A DNA stretch of 64,000 bases from Selaginella moellendorffii (Eukaryota > Plantae > Lycopodiophyta). Where the stretch lies: NCBI RefSeq assembly GCF_000143415.4, contig NW_003314285.1:1019370-1083369 (forward strand). Direction: 5' to 3'. Both the position numbers and the translations under genes were made by a program. The notes under the pieces were generated by a model. The model made no database searches, was not told where the DNA came from, and saw nothing but the letters and a program-made list of their open reading frames with translations. Shown here in pieces: positions 1 through 11,946 of the stretch (position 1 is its first letter; each line of letters opens with the position of its first letter).

Positions 1-534
1 CTTGTAGTGTCCAAGTTCGCCGCAATGATGACAACCTTGTCTATAATTCTTCACAAAGAACTTCTGCTTCTTGGACCCCTTTGCATCTGAAGTAGTCACC
101 ACCGACCTCAACTTGTGATGCTTGTTCCCATCCTTGTGTCCACGGCGATCATCACGACGATTCTCGACAGAAGGACTTCGCGAACGCTTACGAGACTTGT
201 GCTTGTCATTGTCAAGTCGACGAGCCGCATCAAAGAGCTCCTCCAAACTCTTTGTAGGCTAAGAATGACGCAAGTGCTGCCATATGCTCTCACTATGTAG
301 GCCATCAATGAAGTAGGATTTGTTCTGATCTGGATCCTTCGTTGGAACACGACTAATCAAGCGAGTAAGCTTCTCAATATAATCCCCGAGCGTCATTTTC
401 CCTTGCTGGAAATGGCGAAGTTTTATACGAGCATTCTCCACGTTGTAATGAGGGGCAAAACATAAACGGAAAGCAACCTCAAACTCATCCATGGTAGACA
501 CTGGTGGTTTCTTATCTGCAACACGGGACTCCTC

Positions 535-895
535 TGTCAGGAATCCCCCAATTCTTGCCACATTCCTGACTCTCGCCGGATTCCTGACCTGCAGACCACA
601 TTCCTGACTCTCGAGACACTTCCCTATTCCTGACTCTCGAGACACTTCCCGATTCCTGAGTCTCAAGCCACATTCCTGATGATGATGTGGCGCCTCCTCA
701 ACCTCAGCTGTATTTAGGCCGTCCTCGATCCAAGAGTGGTGGAGCTTCATCAACCTATAGTATATATAGGTTAGCCTTGTTCCATTTCTTCACAATCTGA
801 ATCAACACCAGTCTAAGGCTTCTTCTTTGTTTTCACTAGCTTTTTCTCTTTGTCTTTAGCATTTTCCAGTCTTGATCTTGTTGGGGGTCTTGACA
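535..895 (+). repeat. 5' LTR of element A
   Basis: Direct repeat of 5722-6082. TATA (tatatata ~761-768) and six ATTCCTGA repeats. Confidence 0.95.
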
Positions 896-992
896 GTTTG
901 ATTCAGATTGTTTTTTTTGCTTTTCTTTTAGCTCGTTTTGATTATTTGATTGCCTTTGTCTTTTTCCCCCTTTCTTTTCTTTCTTCTTGCCA

Positions 993-1964
993 ATGGAGTC
1001 TCCAAGCCATCCTGATTTCTTTGCCGAAGTCCTTGCAAAAATCCAGTCTGAGAATACCGAGCTGAAGGCGACCCTTCTTCGCATGCAGCAGGAGCTTGCT
1101 TCACTTTCGGCTCAAGGATCCAGCAAAGTTCCTGAACCGAAGGTGAGTTTCCCGGCGAAATTTTCAAGCAAGCGTTCGGAGCTTCGTGGATTTTTGAACC
1201 AAATGGAGCTGATCTTTGCACTTCAACATCGGCGGTACCCCACTCCCGAGTCTCAAATCGGCGCGATTGGAACGTTGCTCGAGGGTGCAGCTTTGTCATG
1301 GTTTTCTCCTCTTCTGGAGAAGAGCATGAAAGGGGTTGTGGTTCCGGAGCTGATGGATCTTCAATTATTTAAAGAGAAGCTCAAAGCATGTTTTGGCGAG
1401 ACGGATCGGGTTCGGGCTGCTACCACAAAGATGAGACGTCTCTCTCAGGGGTCTCGTCCTGCCTCGATCTACGCTGCAGAGTTCCAACTCCTTGCCTTGG
1501 ACACTTAGTGGGATAAGCGGGCCCTGATTGACCAATTTCGTTTCGGCCTCAACAATGGTGTCAAGGATTTGTTGCTCACCATGGAGGATCCCAAGGACCT
1601 GTCGGACGCCATCAACAAAGCTGTTCGATGTGACAATCGTCTTTTTGAACGTCGTCAGAAAAGTCGCCGCGCCGCTGTTTTTCCGTCCCAGACTCAAGAA
1701 TCCCAGCTTGAGTCTTCGGGGCATAGTCCTGAACCTACTGCTCCGGTCCCGATGGATATTTCTGGTACTCCCCGACTCATTAGAGGGAAGTTGAGTCCTG
1801 CTGAGAAGCAACGTCGAATATCTCATAATCTTTGCCTCTACTGTGCTGATCCTAATCACAAAGCAGCTGTGTGTCCCAGGAAGCCTCCCCGATTGCTTGA
1901 GTTCACTCTGCCTCAAAGTCCACCTCTGTTGTAGTCGGGAAACGACCCTGTCCAAACAGAGTAG
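993..1964 (+). pseudogene. gag: gag of element A (in-frame TAG stops at 1506 and 1932; natural stop likely 1962-1964)
   Basis: PAKFSSKRSELRGFL...LLEGAALSWF, PVPMDI motif, zinc knuckle CLYCADPNHKAAVC. ORFs 987 and 1569 share one frame. Confidence 0.85.
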
Positions 1965-4900
1965 GAGCTGTCCGTTTGGACTCCCCAAATAAAAATCACT
2001 TTTCTTCCTTATCAAGCTCCTCACCACCTTTCATCAAAGCCACCACCAATTCCCGCAACTTCCGCGTCCCATGTCTCCTTTCTTTCACCGGACAATCAGG
2101 ACTCAAGGCTTTGGCGCTACTGGACTCGGGTGCAACTTCCTGCTTCATGGACACGGACTTTGCTGCCCGACATCACGTTCCTCTTTCTCCTACCATACGG
2201 GATCTGAGGGTTGAAGGCATCGGCGGGCATTTTGTGTCTCCATCTTCTGGACTTAGGGAAACGTTGCCCGTTCGAATACACATCGGGTCCACCGTCACCG
2301 ATATCGCCTTCAACATCATCAACAGCAAGTCCTCCTCTGTGGTGCTCGGTCTTCCTTGGTTCCAACTACATCAGCCTCAGATTTGTTGGAAGGACTTACA
2401 GCTCAGCTCTCCCACATCACCATCTCCCACGGCTTCCCCTGGTGTTCATCGAGTCCGAATCAAGAAAAGTTCCCTAAACTCAAGTCGGGGTTCTGTTCTT
2501 GACTCTACGAAGTTTTCATCCTCTTCTTTTTCCTCTCTTCCATCTTACACTAGACAGTATCCTCGTCTCATCATTCCATTTAGTCGTACCCCTCCTCCTA
2601 TCTCCACAATCACTATGAAAGAACTCCTTCATGAAGAACCTCTTTTTCTTTTTGCTTTGCATGTTTCTCCTGTCAGTCTTCCTGAGAAGTATCATGATTT
2701 TGGGGATGTGTTTGACAAGAAAAAAGCTAGTGTACTGCCTGTTCATCGGCCTTATGATTGTCCCATTGATTTACAGGAAGGAGCGTCACCTCCGTGGGGG
2801 CCTATCTACGGGTTATCCCCATCCGAGCTTAAGGCCCTCAAAGAGTACGTGGATGAGAACCTTGCCTCGGGCTACATTCAGCATTCGCAGTCCCCGGCTG
2901 GAGCGCCTGTCTTCTTTGTCAAGAAGAAGGATGGGAGCTTGCGGCTAGTCATCGACTACCGAGGTTTGAACAAGGTGACTGTTCGGAACCGTTATCCGCT
3001 GCCCCTGATCTCGGACCTGTTGGAACGCCTCGGCGGTGCCCGCTTCTTCACCAAGATCGACCTCCGTGGAGCATACAACCTGATCCGGATCCGGCCTGGT
3101 GATGAATGAAAGACTGCGTTCCGAACCCGCTATGGCCACTTCGAGTACACTGTCATGCCATTTGGCTTGACAAATGCTCCAGCAGTTTTCCAACACATGG
3201 CGAATGACGTTTTTCGGGAGTTTCTTGATCAGATGGTGATCGTCTACCTCGATGACATCCTCATCTACTCAAAAACTCAGGAGGAGCATGACGAACATGT
3301 TTGCAAGGTGCTAGCGAAGCTGCGAGAACACGGCCTATACGCGAAGCTTGAGAAATGTTCCTTTGATCAGCAGTCTGTGGAGTTCCTTGGGTACATTGTC
3401 ACTCCTAAGGGTATCACGATGGATCCTGCTAAAGTCAAGACTATTCTTGAATGGGAGCCTCCACAATCAATGTCGGACGTTCAGGTTTTCCTTGGTTTCG
3501 CCAACTTCTACCGCAAATTCATTGATCACTACTCTGGCATTGTCCTTCCTCTCACACATCTCACTCGCAAGGATGTTCCCTTCTCTTGGTCTGCTGCTGC
3601 CCAACAGGCCTTCGACACACTCAAGGCGCCCTTCAGTTCTGCTCCTATCTTGATCCATGTTGATTCCTCATAACCTTTCTTCATCGAGGCTGACGCCTCC
3701 GACTTTGCCATTGGTGCTGTGCTGTCTCAACTCGGAGCGGATCACAAACTTCATCCGGTCGCTTTCCATTCTCGGAAATTCCAGCCTGCAGAGATCAATT
3801 ACGAAATCCACGACAAGGAGCTCCTTGCCATCGTGGATTCCTTTGGAGAGTGGCGCCATTTCTTGGAGGGGGCGAGCCATCAAACAACAGTCTAGACGGA
3901 TCACAAAAATCTCGAGTACTTTGCCACTTCCCGAGTTTTAAGCCATCGTCAAGCAAGGTGGGCACAATTCCTAAGTCGGTTTGACTTTGTTATCAAGTAC
4001 AGACCTGGAAAGTTTCAAGGCCTTCCTGATGCTCTTTCAAGGCGCTCCTATCTCAGTCTCAGGCCTGGTAATCCTGCCTTCGATCAACAGGATCAAGTTA
4101 TCCTCGGTCCTGATCGGCTTCAAGTTATGGCAATTTCCCTGGCCCCTCAGGACTCCTCCTTGATGGATGCAATCAGAAATGATCTTCAATCCGATGATCT
4201 CGCTAGCGACATTTTCCCCCATCTTCAGGCTGGACACCCAGTGACTCCCGACTGCCGGCGATTTGACGAGTTCGAGTTCTTAGATGGCTTATTGTACCGT
4301 GGGGAGCAGCTTTACGTTCCTGAAGGTGATGCTCGAAGGTTGGTCCTAATGGCGTGCCACGATAGCCCGACTACTGGTCACTTCGGCATTGCAAAAACCT
4401 ATGAGCTAGTTGCACGGGACTTTTGGTGGCCTCACATGGACGACTACATCAAAGCTTTTGTTACCTCCTGTGACACTTGTGCCCGGAATAAGGTACCTCA
4501 CCACCTTCCTTCAGGTTTGCTTCGTTCCCTTCCGGTCCCTTCAGGTCCTTGGGAATCCATCTCCATGGATTTCTTGAGTGATCTTCCGAGTTCTGGAGGC
4601 TTCAACAGCATTTTAGTCGTGGTGGATCGCTTCACAAAGATGGCACACTTCTTGCCATGTACCAAGGAGTTTTCGGGCGAGGACATGGCAAAACTGGTAT
4701 TCAGGGAAATTTTCCGACTTCATGGGATTCCTACAGATGTGGTTTCGGATCGGGGGCCTCAGTTCATCTCTCATTTCTGCCAACGGTTTTTGCAGCTGCT
4801 TGGAGTGAAGGCCAACCTCTCTTCGGCATATCATCCTCAAACTGATGGGCAGTCCGAGCGAACGATTCAGATGTTGGAACAATTCTTGAGGTGCTTCATC

Positions 4901-5710
4901 AACTATCATCAGGATAACTGGTTCGATATCCTTCTCCTTGCTGAGTTCTCCTATAACAACTCTGTTCACTCCTCTCTTCGAGTTTCCCCCTTCTTTGCGA
5001 ACTCTGGCCGAAATCCCCGATTCAATCTCTCACTTCCTTCTCCATCTGAATCCTCTCGTTCAAATCCCCGCTCTGAGGCATTTATCTCCAACCTCCAGGA
5101 AATCCACAACTCCATCTCCTTCCACCTCCATCGTGCTCAGGAATCTCATAAAACATTTGCCAATGTCCATCGTCAGGATTGTCCCCCTTACAATATCGGG
5201 GATAAAGTCTGGCTCCTCAGGTGAAATATCTCCACCACCAGGCCCTGTCCAAAACTCGATTTCAAACGCCTTGGTCCTTTCCCTATCACTGCCATCATTA
5301 ATCCTGTCACTTATCGCCTTGCACTTCCCTCCTCATATCAAATTCATCCCGTTTTTCACTCCTCTCTCCTTGAGCTTTATATTCCCAATCCTATTCCAAA
5401 TCGGGTCATTCCTCCGCCTCCACCAGTGCAGCTCAAGGATGGGTCTGAGTACGAGGTTCAGGACATCCTTGATTCCAAGATTTCACGGTCTAAACTCTAC
5501 TATCTGGTGGACTGGAAGGGTTATGGACCTGAGGAACGCACTTGGGAACCTGCGGACAACCTGATTCATTCTCCTGACCTTGTTCAGGACTTCCATCGCC
5601 ACTATCCTTCTCGTCCTAGTCCTCATTCTTTTTCTCCATCTCCCATCCCTCGCCGCTCATCTCATCCTCCTCTTCGTTCTCGTTCACATCCTCGTTCCAC
5701 TCGTTCTTGA
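1937..5710 (+). pseudogene. pol: pol of element A (PR, RT, RNase H, integrase, chromodomain), -1 frame to gag, four in-frame stops
   Basis: LLDSGA protease, YLDD RT, HHCC and DDE integrase, YEVQDILD...YLVDWKGYGPEERTWEP chromodomain. ORFs 1976, 3155, 4127 and 5426 share one frame, with stops at 3107, 3671, 3893 and 5222. Confidence 0.92.
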
Positions 5711-5721
5711 GGAGGGGGTGC

Positions 5722-6082
5722 TGTCAGGAATCCCCCAATTCTTGCCACATTCCTGACTCTCGCCGGATTCCTGACCTGCAGACCACATTCCTGACTCTCG
5801 AGACACTTCCCTATTCCTGACTCTCGAGACACTTCCCGATTCCTGAGTCTCGAGCCACATTCCTGATGATGATGTGGCGCCTCCTCGATCTCAGCTGTAT
5901 TTAGGCCGTCCTCGATCCAAGAGTGGTGGAGCTTCATCAACCTATAGTATATATAGGTTAGCCTTGTTCCATTTCTCCACAATCTGAATCAACACTAGTC
6001 TAAGGCTTCTTCTTTGTTTTCACTAGCTTTTTCTCTTTGTCTTTAGCATTTTCCAGTCTTGATCTTGTTGGGGGTCTTGACA
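5722..6082 (+). repeat. 3' LTR of element A
   Basis: Direct repeat of 535-895, preceded by PPT and followed by TSD TCCTC. Confidence 0.95.
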
Positions 6083-9000
6083 TCCTCAAGCCAATTCCAC
6101 CATCGAAGACCCGCATCACGCAAAACCATTGGAATAGCCACTAAAGCCTCTGCATCTGGAGTTCCTCTAGCAGCCAAGAACTTCTTCACATTGGCTAGCC
6201 AAGCGAGACACTCGTCCACACCACCATCACCGGAAAAGGTTGGAATCTTGAGTCGATCTACCAAAGAAGGCTTACTTGGAGTGCTACCCCGTCTAGCCTC
6301 GAGTGCCTCAACACGCCCACGCATGGTATCCATCATGCCATGCATCTCGTCTTGCATCTCTTGCTGATTTCGATTAAGGGCTCACAACTCATGAGCCACA
6401 TCTTGAATGGTCCAAATCTCTGCAGCTTCGTCGGCACCATCGGCGGCACCACCATCGACAATAGGATTCCACGTTCAGCTTGGTCGGCCAATCCTCTGAT
6501 ACTAATGTTATGATCCGGCGCAAAAAGGCAAAGATCTAGTTGCCTTAGACTATGCTACGCCACCTCTTGAGGTTCCTCACCACCCAACCACCCCCGAGCT
6601 ACCTCAAAAGCTCCACTGCGCCGCCGCTCCACTGTGAGCCCTAGGGTAGGTTAAGTCCCTTACCCTAACATGCCTTAATATACCCTTGAGCCTCCCTTTG
6701 ACCAATGTTGACCACGTAGTCAAAGCTGGCGCCTAACAAATAGCACGTAGGAATTCTGTCCTTATGCTCGTCCGATCTAAGTACACTCGAAATGCCCAAT
6801 TGACTCCACTAGCATAAGAGGGGCTACTAACTGTAACGATTTCCTGCCGTCATGGCAGTAAGGAAAGAGTGTCCATAAGGATTGGCTGATAAGTATTTTT
6901 CGATACCCGAAGTCACATTCACAACACTCTCCCCCCCTTGGGGAAGATTGACGTCCTTGTTGATGCATACCCGAGTCTAGGAAACTATCAAGGAAACAAC
7001 TCCAAAAGTTAATGGAAAGCACACTATGTGGGAAACACACCAACTTAAATGAGTTATGGAACGACCTCTCCTCTACGTCCAAACGTTAAGACTCAGACAC
7101 CTTCTGGCCGTCACCGACAAGGAAATGACTAACAGAGTTAATTACCCTTGTTGCTCCAAATACCACTCAGCTTACAAAAGAATGATACATCCCTACCCGC
7201 AGGGATATAGGGAGAAGGCTAAAGGCCCAACTTCCCCTGAGCAAGAAATCAACCCCATCGGGAAGATTTAGACAACCATTATAAACTGGTAGATTAAGTT
7301 GTTTACACGACCACGCCCCTTTTGCAAAAGTGAGTCATCAAGAGAGAGGTGGGGACTTGTGATCAGTCTATAATAGTTATCCCCATGGTTATGGATTGGA
7401 CCCATGCACCGAAGTGCCGAAGTCAGCCTGTCAAATTGACCCAAATACTAATGAACGAGAGAAAAAACACTTTGATTTATAGAAAGATATTACTTTATTA
7501 ATTTGCAAGATTTATTACAAGATTTACAAAAACTAATCTTTATTACGATTCTCATACTCAGTGACAAGCTCACGAGCATGTGTAAGATTCCTAAGAGGTT
7601 CCCAAGTTGATTCACAAGACAAGTAACCTTGCCACTTAACTAAATATTCTTTCGCACGAGCCTGTCTTTGGGACCGAGCATCCAAAATAGCTTCAACTTC
7701 ATATTTTGGTCTACCGTCCACAACATTGATACCTATCCTAAGCTTTGCCCATCACCTTAGTTGCTCTAGACCAACCTTGACGTAGCTGCTCCGCATAAGT
7801 CTCAACCGCCAGGACCACCACTTTGGTCATTGGTCTCAGTACAACAATCTGTTGAGGCACTTCGCGAGCATTTTCTTGCAACATCTCCTATGGAGAATAG
7901 CCAATAGTGCTGTGAAATGTGTTGTTATAACAAATTTCTACTGTATCCAAATGCTCAACCCAGTCGCATTGGTCCGCCGCGACATAGTACCGCAGATAAT
8001 CTTCAACTTGAGCATTCACACGTTCAGTCTGCCCATTAGTTTGAGGATGATAAGCTGTACTAAATTTCAGCTTGGTACCAAACAGCTGGAACAGTGTGCC
8101 CCAAAACTTCCCCGTACACCTCAAATCCCTATCCAAGATCATCTCTTCGGGAAGACCATGAACCCGCACTACTTCATGGAAAAATATCTTTGCTGCTTGT
8201 TTCGCATTCACTATTCCCACAGTTGGAATGAAGTGTGCAATCTTCAACAACTGATCCACAACCACCATCAAAGTATCATAACCCTTAGACTTCGGCAAGC
8301 AAGTGACAAAATCAAATGTCACATTCTGAAATGGCCATATCAGTGCTGGAATGCACTGCAACTTTCTAGCCTGCTTCTTAGCTCTGCACTTACATTGCTG
8401 GCATATAAGTAGGAATGGACATAATCCGCTACATCACTTTCCATACCAGACCAGAAAAATCCCTTTTTCAATGAAGCCAGAGTCTTTCACTTCCCACCAT
8501 GTCCCGCTATCGGAACATCATGATGTTCCCGTAAAAACAACTACTGCAAGTCCTTAGAGGGAAGATATAATCTTTCTTGCTTATAGAATATAAGCCTATC
8601 CCGAACTGAGAAGTGAAGCTTCGCATTGGTGCGGTTAGCAACTTTCGCTACCTCGCTACTAAAGTTTTGCTTCGACAACTCCGCACAGCGTAAGATTGCC
8701 TTTGCCAATGGATCACTTTCATAAAAAACCCAAATGTCCTCCAACCAGTCCGAACTGATTGCCGATATTGCTTGGAATTGAGCCTGACAACTCAACACAT
8801 CCAAAACAATATTGTCTTTACCATATGATTTCAATATCATATCTAGCAAGCTTCTCTTGCCAACAAGCCTGCTTTGGCGTAAGCTTAGGCTACATAGCAA
8901 AGTAGCTCAATGTGTTACCATCCATATAAACCTTGGTATAGTGTCTTCAGTGTTCCAGGGCCGACACTATAGCAAACATCTCTTTCTCATGCGTTGGCCA

Positions 9001-10854
9001 TCTTCGTTGAGTTTCATCCAATTTCTTGGAATAGAACACAATGGGACAACCATGTTGCCTTAACGTAACACCAACCGCTTTGTCAAAATCTTGTTACAAC
9101 ATGGCACCGATAGCATAGCCAGATGCATCACAATGCACTTCAAAGGGTTTATCAAGATCTGGGATCCTGAGAATAGGAACTGTAGTCAAGATCTCCTTCA
9201 ACCGTACAAAAGCATGTTGACAAGCTGGTGTCCAATGAAACGGAATATTACTCTTTGTCAACTCAGTCAACGGAAGAGCAATTCTTGCAAAATTGCAGAC
9301 AAACTTGCGATAGTATCCCACCAAACCGAGAAAGGAACGAACATCTAATACAATAGTCGGGAATTCCCAGGACTTCACCACTTCCACCTTCTTTGGATCG
9401 ACCTCAATCACGCCACCACCAACTATATATCTGAAAAAGTTTATACACAATTGACCAAAAGTGCATTTACTTTCCTTAGCATACAGTTTGTGTTCGTGCA
9501 ACTTCTAAAACACCAGCTCCAAGTGTTTCAAATGATCCTCCAACATTTCACTGAAGACTATAACATTGTCAATATATAGGACAACAAATGCATCCAAATA
9601 ATCTCCGAATATCCTATCCATCATAGTGCTGAAAGTTACCAGAGCATTGCATAACCCAAATGGCATGACAAGGAATTCATAAAATCCGTACCGAGTCTTA
9701 AAGGATGTCTTCTCCACATCCTAATCTACCACCCGTATCTAATGATACCCGGACCGCAAATTAAGTCACATATAATACTTAGCTTTTAAGAGTTGGTCAA
9801 ACAAGTTATCAATGCGAGGCAAAGGATAACTGTTTTTAACCGTGATCTTGTTGAGTAATAGATAGTCAATACACATTCTCATGGTTCCATCCTTTTTCAT
9901 AACAAAAAGGACCGATGCTTTATAAGGTGATTTACTTGGTCGGATATGACCTTTGTCAAAAAGCTCCGTTAGTTGCTTCTTGAGTTCAGCCATCTCCTTG
10001 ATGTTCAAATGATATGGAACTTTTATAGGTGGTTTAGAACCCGGAATAACTTCAATCTGATGATCAACCTTACAGCTAGGAGATAGCCCTGACGGCAAAT
10101 CCTTTAGAAAGATATCTTGATTTCGTGTCAACAACTCCAATATCTTCTTTGGTACAGGATCAACTCGTCACCAATTCGAACTGAGTCACCAACACCCTCA
10201 GCTTCCATCACTTGAACCCAAAAAGTCCAACATCCCTTCTTAGCTGCTTTTTGAGTGACTTTTGCAGTTAGAAACTTTGCATCCCAATCCTTTGAGGAGT
10301 GCTTTTGCAACTGGAAGGACACATCATGACATCTTTCGGACTTCAATGTGATACGACTTTGTCTAGCACCATAAATCCCTTTTATATATTTGTTGAAGAA
10401 GTCCATACCAAACACCATCTGAAAATCTGATATCTTCAACACTACCAAGTCCACTCTTTCTTTCCACTTGATATCTTTATTGGAATATCACTCACAAACT
10501 TTCTAGCTACTTGCCCACCTTCCACAAACCAAAAGTGCATAGGCGACATTTTCTCAGCATTCAATTCTAACAATTTAACTAAGTCTTTGGATATCACGCT
10601 GTGCGTAGCTCCCATGTCAACCATCACTTGGATTCGGTGTCCGCGGACAAAACCTACTAAATACATCAATAGATCAGTGTTTGCATTGATTGTGAGAAAA
10701 GCTTAAGGAAAGCAACGAAAGTAACTCACTTCCTCTTCCTCATAGTCTGCATTGACTAACTTGTCAACCTCTTCAGCTTCACCACCACCATCTTCCCTTA
10801 TAACATTAACACGAAACTTTGTCTTATGTTTGTTGGGACATTTCAAGGACCTAT

Positions 10855-11773
10855 TGTCGCGAATGTGACTTCGGGTATCGAAAGATACTTGTCGACCAGT
10901 CCTTACGGGCACTCTTTCCTTACTGCCATGACGGTAGGAGGTCGGTACTGCTGGTTCCCTTTATTGGCCCCTCTTGTCCAAGTGTTAGTAAACTGGACTT
11001 AGCATCTGTACTTGGCCGGATGAGCATAAGGAAGGAATTCCTAAGTGTCTATTTAGCCAAGCATACTTGGCCCGGCTTGTTAGTTCTCTTTTGCTCTGTC
11101 TTGCACTGGCTTGGCAAGAACCCTCGCGTATTGAGACTAGTCCCTCAATATCGCCGGATGATAGCTTACCGTGTCTGCCAAACACCCTCGCTATCACGCC
11201 CTTTGTGTTGGTCTCATTTCAGTCCCGAATGCTATTTATGGAAGGTGTCTAGATTAGCTCATTTGGCATATCTACGGAATGTAGAGATCGGTCTGAACAC
11301 AATGGTGTTCATCCCATGTCCAAATTCGCAATCTAAGGACATTCCATATTTAGTAAGTTTCGGACTTGTCCCAGAGACTAACTCCTGGTACTAAGGGAGG
11401 CTTGGGGTGAAAGCCCAAAGCGTGTGTCCCTCAAGGGGGGGGGGCTGTGGGGGGTTCCAAATGTATAGTAGGGATAGTGGTTGGAATGCATGTCCGACCA
11501 CCTGAGACATTAGTTTGGCTCCCGCTGGGCTGTGTCGCTCCTTGTTCTGCGTCCGGCTTGGGTCTAAGCCCAAGCTCCACGCTGCTCTAGTCGGTGGAGT
11601 ACCCTCCTTCTCGCGTTAGGCCACCGGTATGCCAAAATTGTGCCAGACTCCGTCTGACACCATTTTGCGTGCAGGTGCTGGATACGGGGAGCTGGTGCTC
11701 GTGGGATTGTACCGGACCCTCGTTTCGTAGCGCAACGGGCTTGGAGTTCGGCTCCAAATTCAGGTGCGCTACA
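10855..11773 (+). repeat. 5' LTR of element D
   Basis: TGTCGC...GCTACA, direct repeat of 17289-18207. Confidence 0.96.
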
Positions 11774-11946
11774 TTTGGTATCAGAGAAATTGTCTTAGCG
11801 ATTTCTATCCAACTTTTGTCGGATTTTCTGACTCAAGTTGCATACGCAGAGACTTTTCTAGTAGATCCGAAGCGACCTGTGTAGGATTAGTTGGATTGCA
11901 CCATTCGGTAAGAACGTTGTATGCATGTTCAGTTACTGATAGAGGC

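Larger units (their letters stand above)
535..6082 (+). mobile_element. Full-length Ty3/gypsy chromovirus A (Tf1/sushi/Tcn1-like), recently inactivated by point stops
   Basis: 361-bp LTRs TGTCA...TGACA at 535-895 and 5722-6082, with 5 transitions between them. TSD TCCTC at 530-534 and 6083-6087. PPT gaggagggggtgc at 5709-5721. Order gag-PR-RT-RH-IN-chromodomain. Confidence 0.95.
259..6357 (-). pseudogene. gag: Retrotransposon gag of element B, split by element A (pieces 6083-6357 and 259-534)
   Basis: ORF pieces 6043..6357 and 259..753 join in frame across the TCCTC target site. Retrotrans_gag-like motifs; stop at 259-261. Confidence 0.8.
1..6738 (-). mobile_element. LTR retrotransposon B (5' LTR, PBS and gag; continues left of the window), inserted in the 3' LTR of element C and interrupted by element A
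   Basis: LTR 6506-6738 has TGTTA...TAACA termini. tRNA-iMet PBS variant (ctctgatacta, ~6494-6504) is adjacent on the minus strand. Gag reads KIPTFSGDG...LRWWNWLE/ESRVAD...ARIKLRHFQQGKMTLGDY once A is removed. Sequence right of 6738 matches the C-family LTR. Confidence 0.8.

Noticed and set aside
671-700. CTGATGA as a hammerhead ribozyme core in the A LTR
   Set aside because: No matching GAAA core or stems in the correct arrangement.
3107-3109. TGA at the RT DEWKT tryptophan in both A and the 31.9-kb remnant, as a recoding or readthrough site
   Set aside because: TGG>TGA is the expected methylation-type transition and both copies have other scattered stops.
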